64,000 nucleotides of DNA from Methanomassiliicoccales archaeon (GTDB lineage: Archaea; Thermoplasmatota; Thermoplasmata; RBG-16-68-12; SOIM01): positions 4,387-68,386 of the forward strand of contig JAUVGH010000005.1 of assembly GCA_030593885.1 (NCBI GenBank), in the 5' to 3' direction. Each line of letters starts with the position of its first letter. Within the stretch, counting starts at the first letter, position 1. Of this stretch, positions 62,717 to 64,000 are shown piece after piece. The position numbers and the translations under genes are program-made. The notes beneath the pieces are model-generated. The model saw only the letters and a program-made list of their open reading frames with translations. It was not told the DNA's origin and did not search any database.

Positions 62717-63020
62717 GAGTGAATCCTCCAGGGCATTCCATTCGGCAGTATGGGAATAAGGGTTTCTTTTTCATTATCACATATGATAAGTGTAGGCCAG
62801 ACAGTCCGGAAATGCTCTGAAATCACCTCGAAAAGGAGAAGAACTTGGAGATCTGGGGCAGAACATCGGACAACACCAAGGTCACCGATAGGACAGAGAG
62901 CATCTACATCCTCTCATGTGGAGTACCTGGGATAGAAATGGAACAGCTGAGAAGGGCCAGCCTCCTCACGAAAGAGTACTTCGAGAAGTTCTGCAAGCGG
63001 GGCTAGGATAGAAGTTGAGT

Positions 63021-63371
63021 TCACTCGGAAATCTCTTCAAGGTACAACTTGCCCTCGTTCGTGATCCCGAGCTTCCTTATCACGCTTGTAGCGTATCCGT
63101 TGAGCACTTCGGACTCAACGCTGGTGACCATTACGAGGTCGCGATAGAGCATTGACGCGGTGTAACATCTGAGATCCGCCAGTTCGAGGTTGATCTCGTT
63201 CGATATGGCCCTCTCCGAGGCTTCCGGAACAGTCTCCAGATAGCTGAGCATCTTCCTTTCTTTCTCTTCATCCCGCAGGTCGCAAAAGTGAGTTATCCCG
63301 CTGATGTCCTCGAGCCTCTTCATCCGCTTCTTGATCTCTACCAGCTCATCATACAACTTTGCAGTGTCCAT
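63021..63371 (-). CDS. Small coiled-coil plus winged-helix protein
   Basis: N-terminal helix, then MLSYLETVPEASERAISNEINLELADLRCYTASMLYRDLV...LGITNEGKLYLEE, which is a wHTH pattern. A TATA-like ATAAATAT and GGAGG lie upstream. Confidence 0.55.
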   Translation of the reverse strand: MDTAKLYDELVEIKKRMKRLEDISGITHFCDLRDEEKERKMLSYLETVPEASERAISNEINLELADLRCYTASMLYRDLVMVTSVESEVLNGYATSVIRKLGITNEGKLYLEEISE

Positions 63372-63427
63372 ACCCTGCCTCCGCTCGAATCGTATGCATC
63401 AAAGGATATTTATTGGTTGTTGAGCAA

Positions 63428-64000
63428 TCAATCCTGGCCAATTAGCATGAAGCCGTCGAAAGCAATTGATGGACAATATGTGTCCCCCGGGTCGGAGATC
63501 ATGTAAGGTCCGCCGAACTCCAGATCGTTGCCGATGGAGATGATCTTGCCGAGGCTCTCATACAGGTTCCCGGACAACAGTGCGAACTTGACGTATTCCT
63601 TGAGTTCCCCTTTCTCGATTATGCTGGCATTCCTCACTTCCAGGCCGAAGGCGCCCATGAACGGGTTGACCTCCGGGGCGGCGAACTTCTCCACGTAGAT
63701 GCCCTTGTCCATTTCAGATATCATGTCCTCCAGGCTCTTGTTCCCGGGAGGTATTGTGAGGTTGGAGACCGAGCATCCGGCAGGGCCCAAGTAGCTCTTC
63801 TCTATGGTCCCGACCCCTCTTCTGTAACCGTTCCCAGCCTCCTGGCCAGAAATCCCGGCATTGTAATGATCGTTGATGAATCGTTTGAGAACGCCTTTCT
63901 CGATAAGCGCCCTGTCCTCGGTCGGGGTGCCCTCGTCATCCACGGGAGCGGACTGCATTGCGTTGGGAAGCAGGGGTCTATCAAGTATCGAGAGTTCCTC
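63428..64000 (-). CDS. TldD/PmbA-family metalloprotease (C-terminal part; the gene continues beyond the window end)
   Basis: VDDEGTPTEDRALIEKGVLKRFI...GNGYR...SNLTIPPGNKSLEDMISEMDKGIYV fits the TldD/PmbA C-terminal domain. The reading frame stays open through position 64000. Confidence 0.75.
   Translation of the reverse strand, partial: EELSILDRPLLPNAMQSAPVDDEGTPTEDRALIEKGVLKRFINDHYNAGISGQEAGNGYRRGVGTIEKSYLGPAGCSVSNLTIPPGNKSLEDMISEMDKGIYVEKFAAPEVNPFMGAFGLEVRNASIIEKGELKEYVKFALLSGNLYESLGKIISIGNDLEFGGPYMISDPGDTYCPSIAFDGFMLIGQD

Noticed and set aside
63021-63371. The 116-aa protein near the small GTPase as a possible Roadblock/longin partner.
   Set aside because: On reading the sequence, it fits an N-terminal coiled coil plus a winged helix-turn-helix (…SERAISNEINLELADLRCYTASMLYRDLV…LGITNEGKLYLE). 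It does not fit the Roadblock alpha-beta-beta-alpha-beta-beta-beta-alpha pattern. It is also separated from the GTPase gene by about 300 nt.
1-64000. Search for tRNA, rRNA, CRISPR arrays, integrases/transposases and att-type flanking repeats around the accessory regions.
   Set aside because: I found no cloverleaf-like sequence with a GTTCGAATC-type T-arm in the intergenic gaps I read. There are no regularly spaced short repeats and no recombinase motifs. The only shared string at the borders of the AT-rich cassette is a 9-mer (CTATTCTGT near 23260 and 27990), which is too short to be meaningful.

Overview
The window looks archaeal. It has an archaeal-type Kae1, a class V fructose-1,6-bisphosphate aldolase/phosphatase overlapping a short archaeal-type triosephosphate isomerase, a GGPP synthase, and AT-rich TATA-like boxes about 23-32 nt upstream of several starts. 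I saw no rRNA, tRNA, CRISPR array, integrase or transposase. All domain calls come from motif recognition by eye on the supplied translations, with no searches run, and many start codons are uncertain.

Layout:
- 0.1-1.9 kb: an RNase III-domain gene and a membrane protein.
- 2.0-12.5 kb: a ten-gene plus-strand operon with almost no intergenic space. It encodes glycan or sugar-modification enzymes: an epimerase, a sugar dehydrogenase-GT2 fusion, three radical SAM enzymes, a 2-hydroxyacid dehydrogenase, a GT-A protein, and a 1.1-kaa kinase-GT-GT-histidine phosphatase fusion.
- 12.5-22 kb: an orphan-rich accessory stretch with zinc ribbons, a small RHH protein, coiled-coil proteins, an Mrr-like nuclease pair and a DUF4062-like protein.
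- 22.1-23.2 kb: GGPP synthase.
- 23.3-27.8 kb: an AT-richer four-gene cassette. It holds a SAMHD1-like HD hydrolase, a YwgA/Panacea-like protein, a Cas4-like PD-(D/E)xK nuclease, and a second HD protein with a zinc ribbon. This is my best candidate for an undescribed defence or toxin-antitoxin system.
- 28-35.3 kb: a wHTH protein, an extremely Cys-rich acidic protein, a small HTH protein, and a large AAA_16/STAND-type ATPase-TPR protein carrying a Roadblock/LC7-like insert between Walker A and Walker B. This is followed by a patchwork of three decayed gene fragments that duplicate parts of the same locus.
- 35.3-43.2 kb: surface proteins and an octaheme HAO-like cytochrome c.
- 43.3-48.2 kb: core genes, including fbp and tpiA.
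- 48.3-51.4 kb: a second, inverted Roadblock-insert ATPase-TPR paralog.
- 51.6-55.2 kb: a surface LTD-PLD-PKD phosphodiesterase coupled to a Cas4-like nuclease that has a four-helix membrane insertion.
- 56-64 kb: core genes. These are an RHH regulator, a class V aminotransferase, kae1, malic enzyme, an SQR-like flavoprotein with TusA and a truncated DsrE-like gene, a Ras/Rab-like small GTPase, a wHTH protein, and a partial TldD/PmbA gene.
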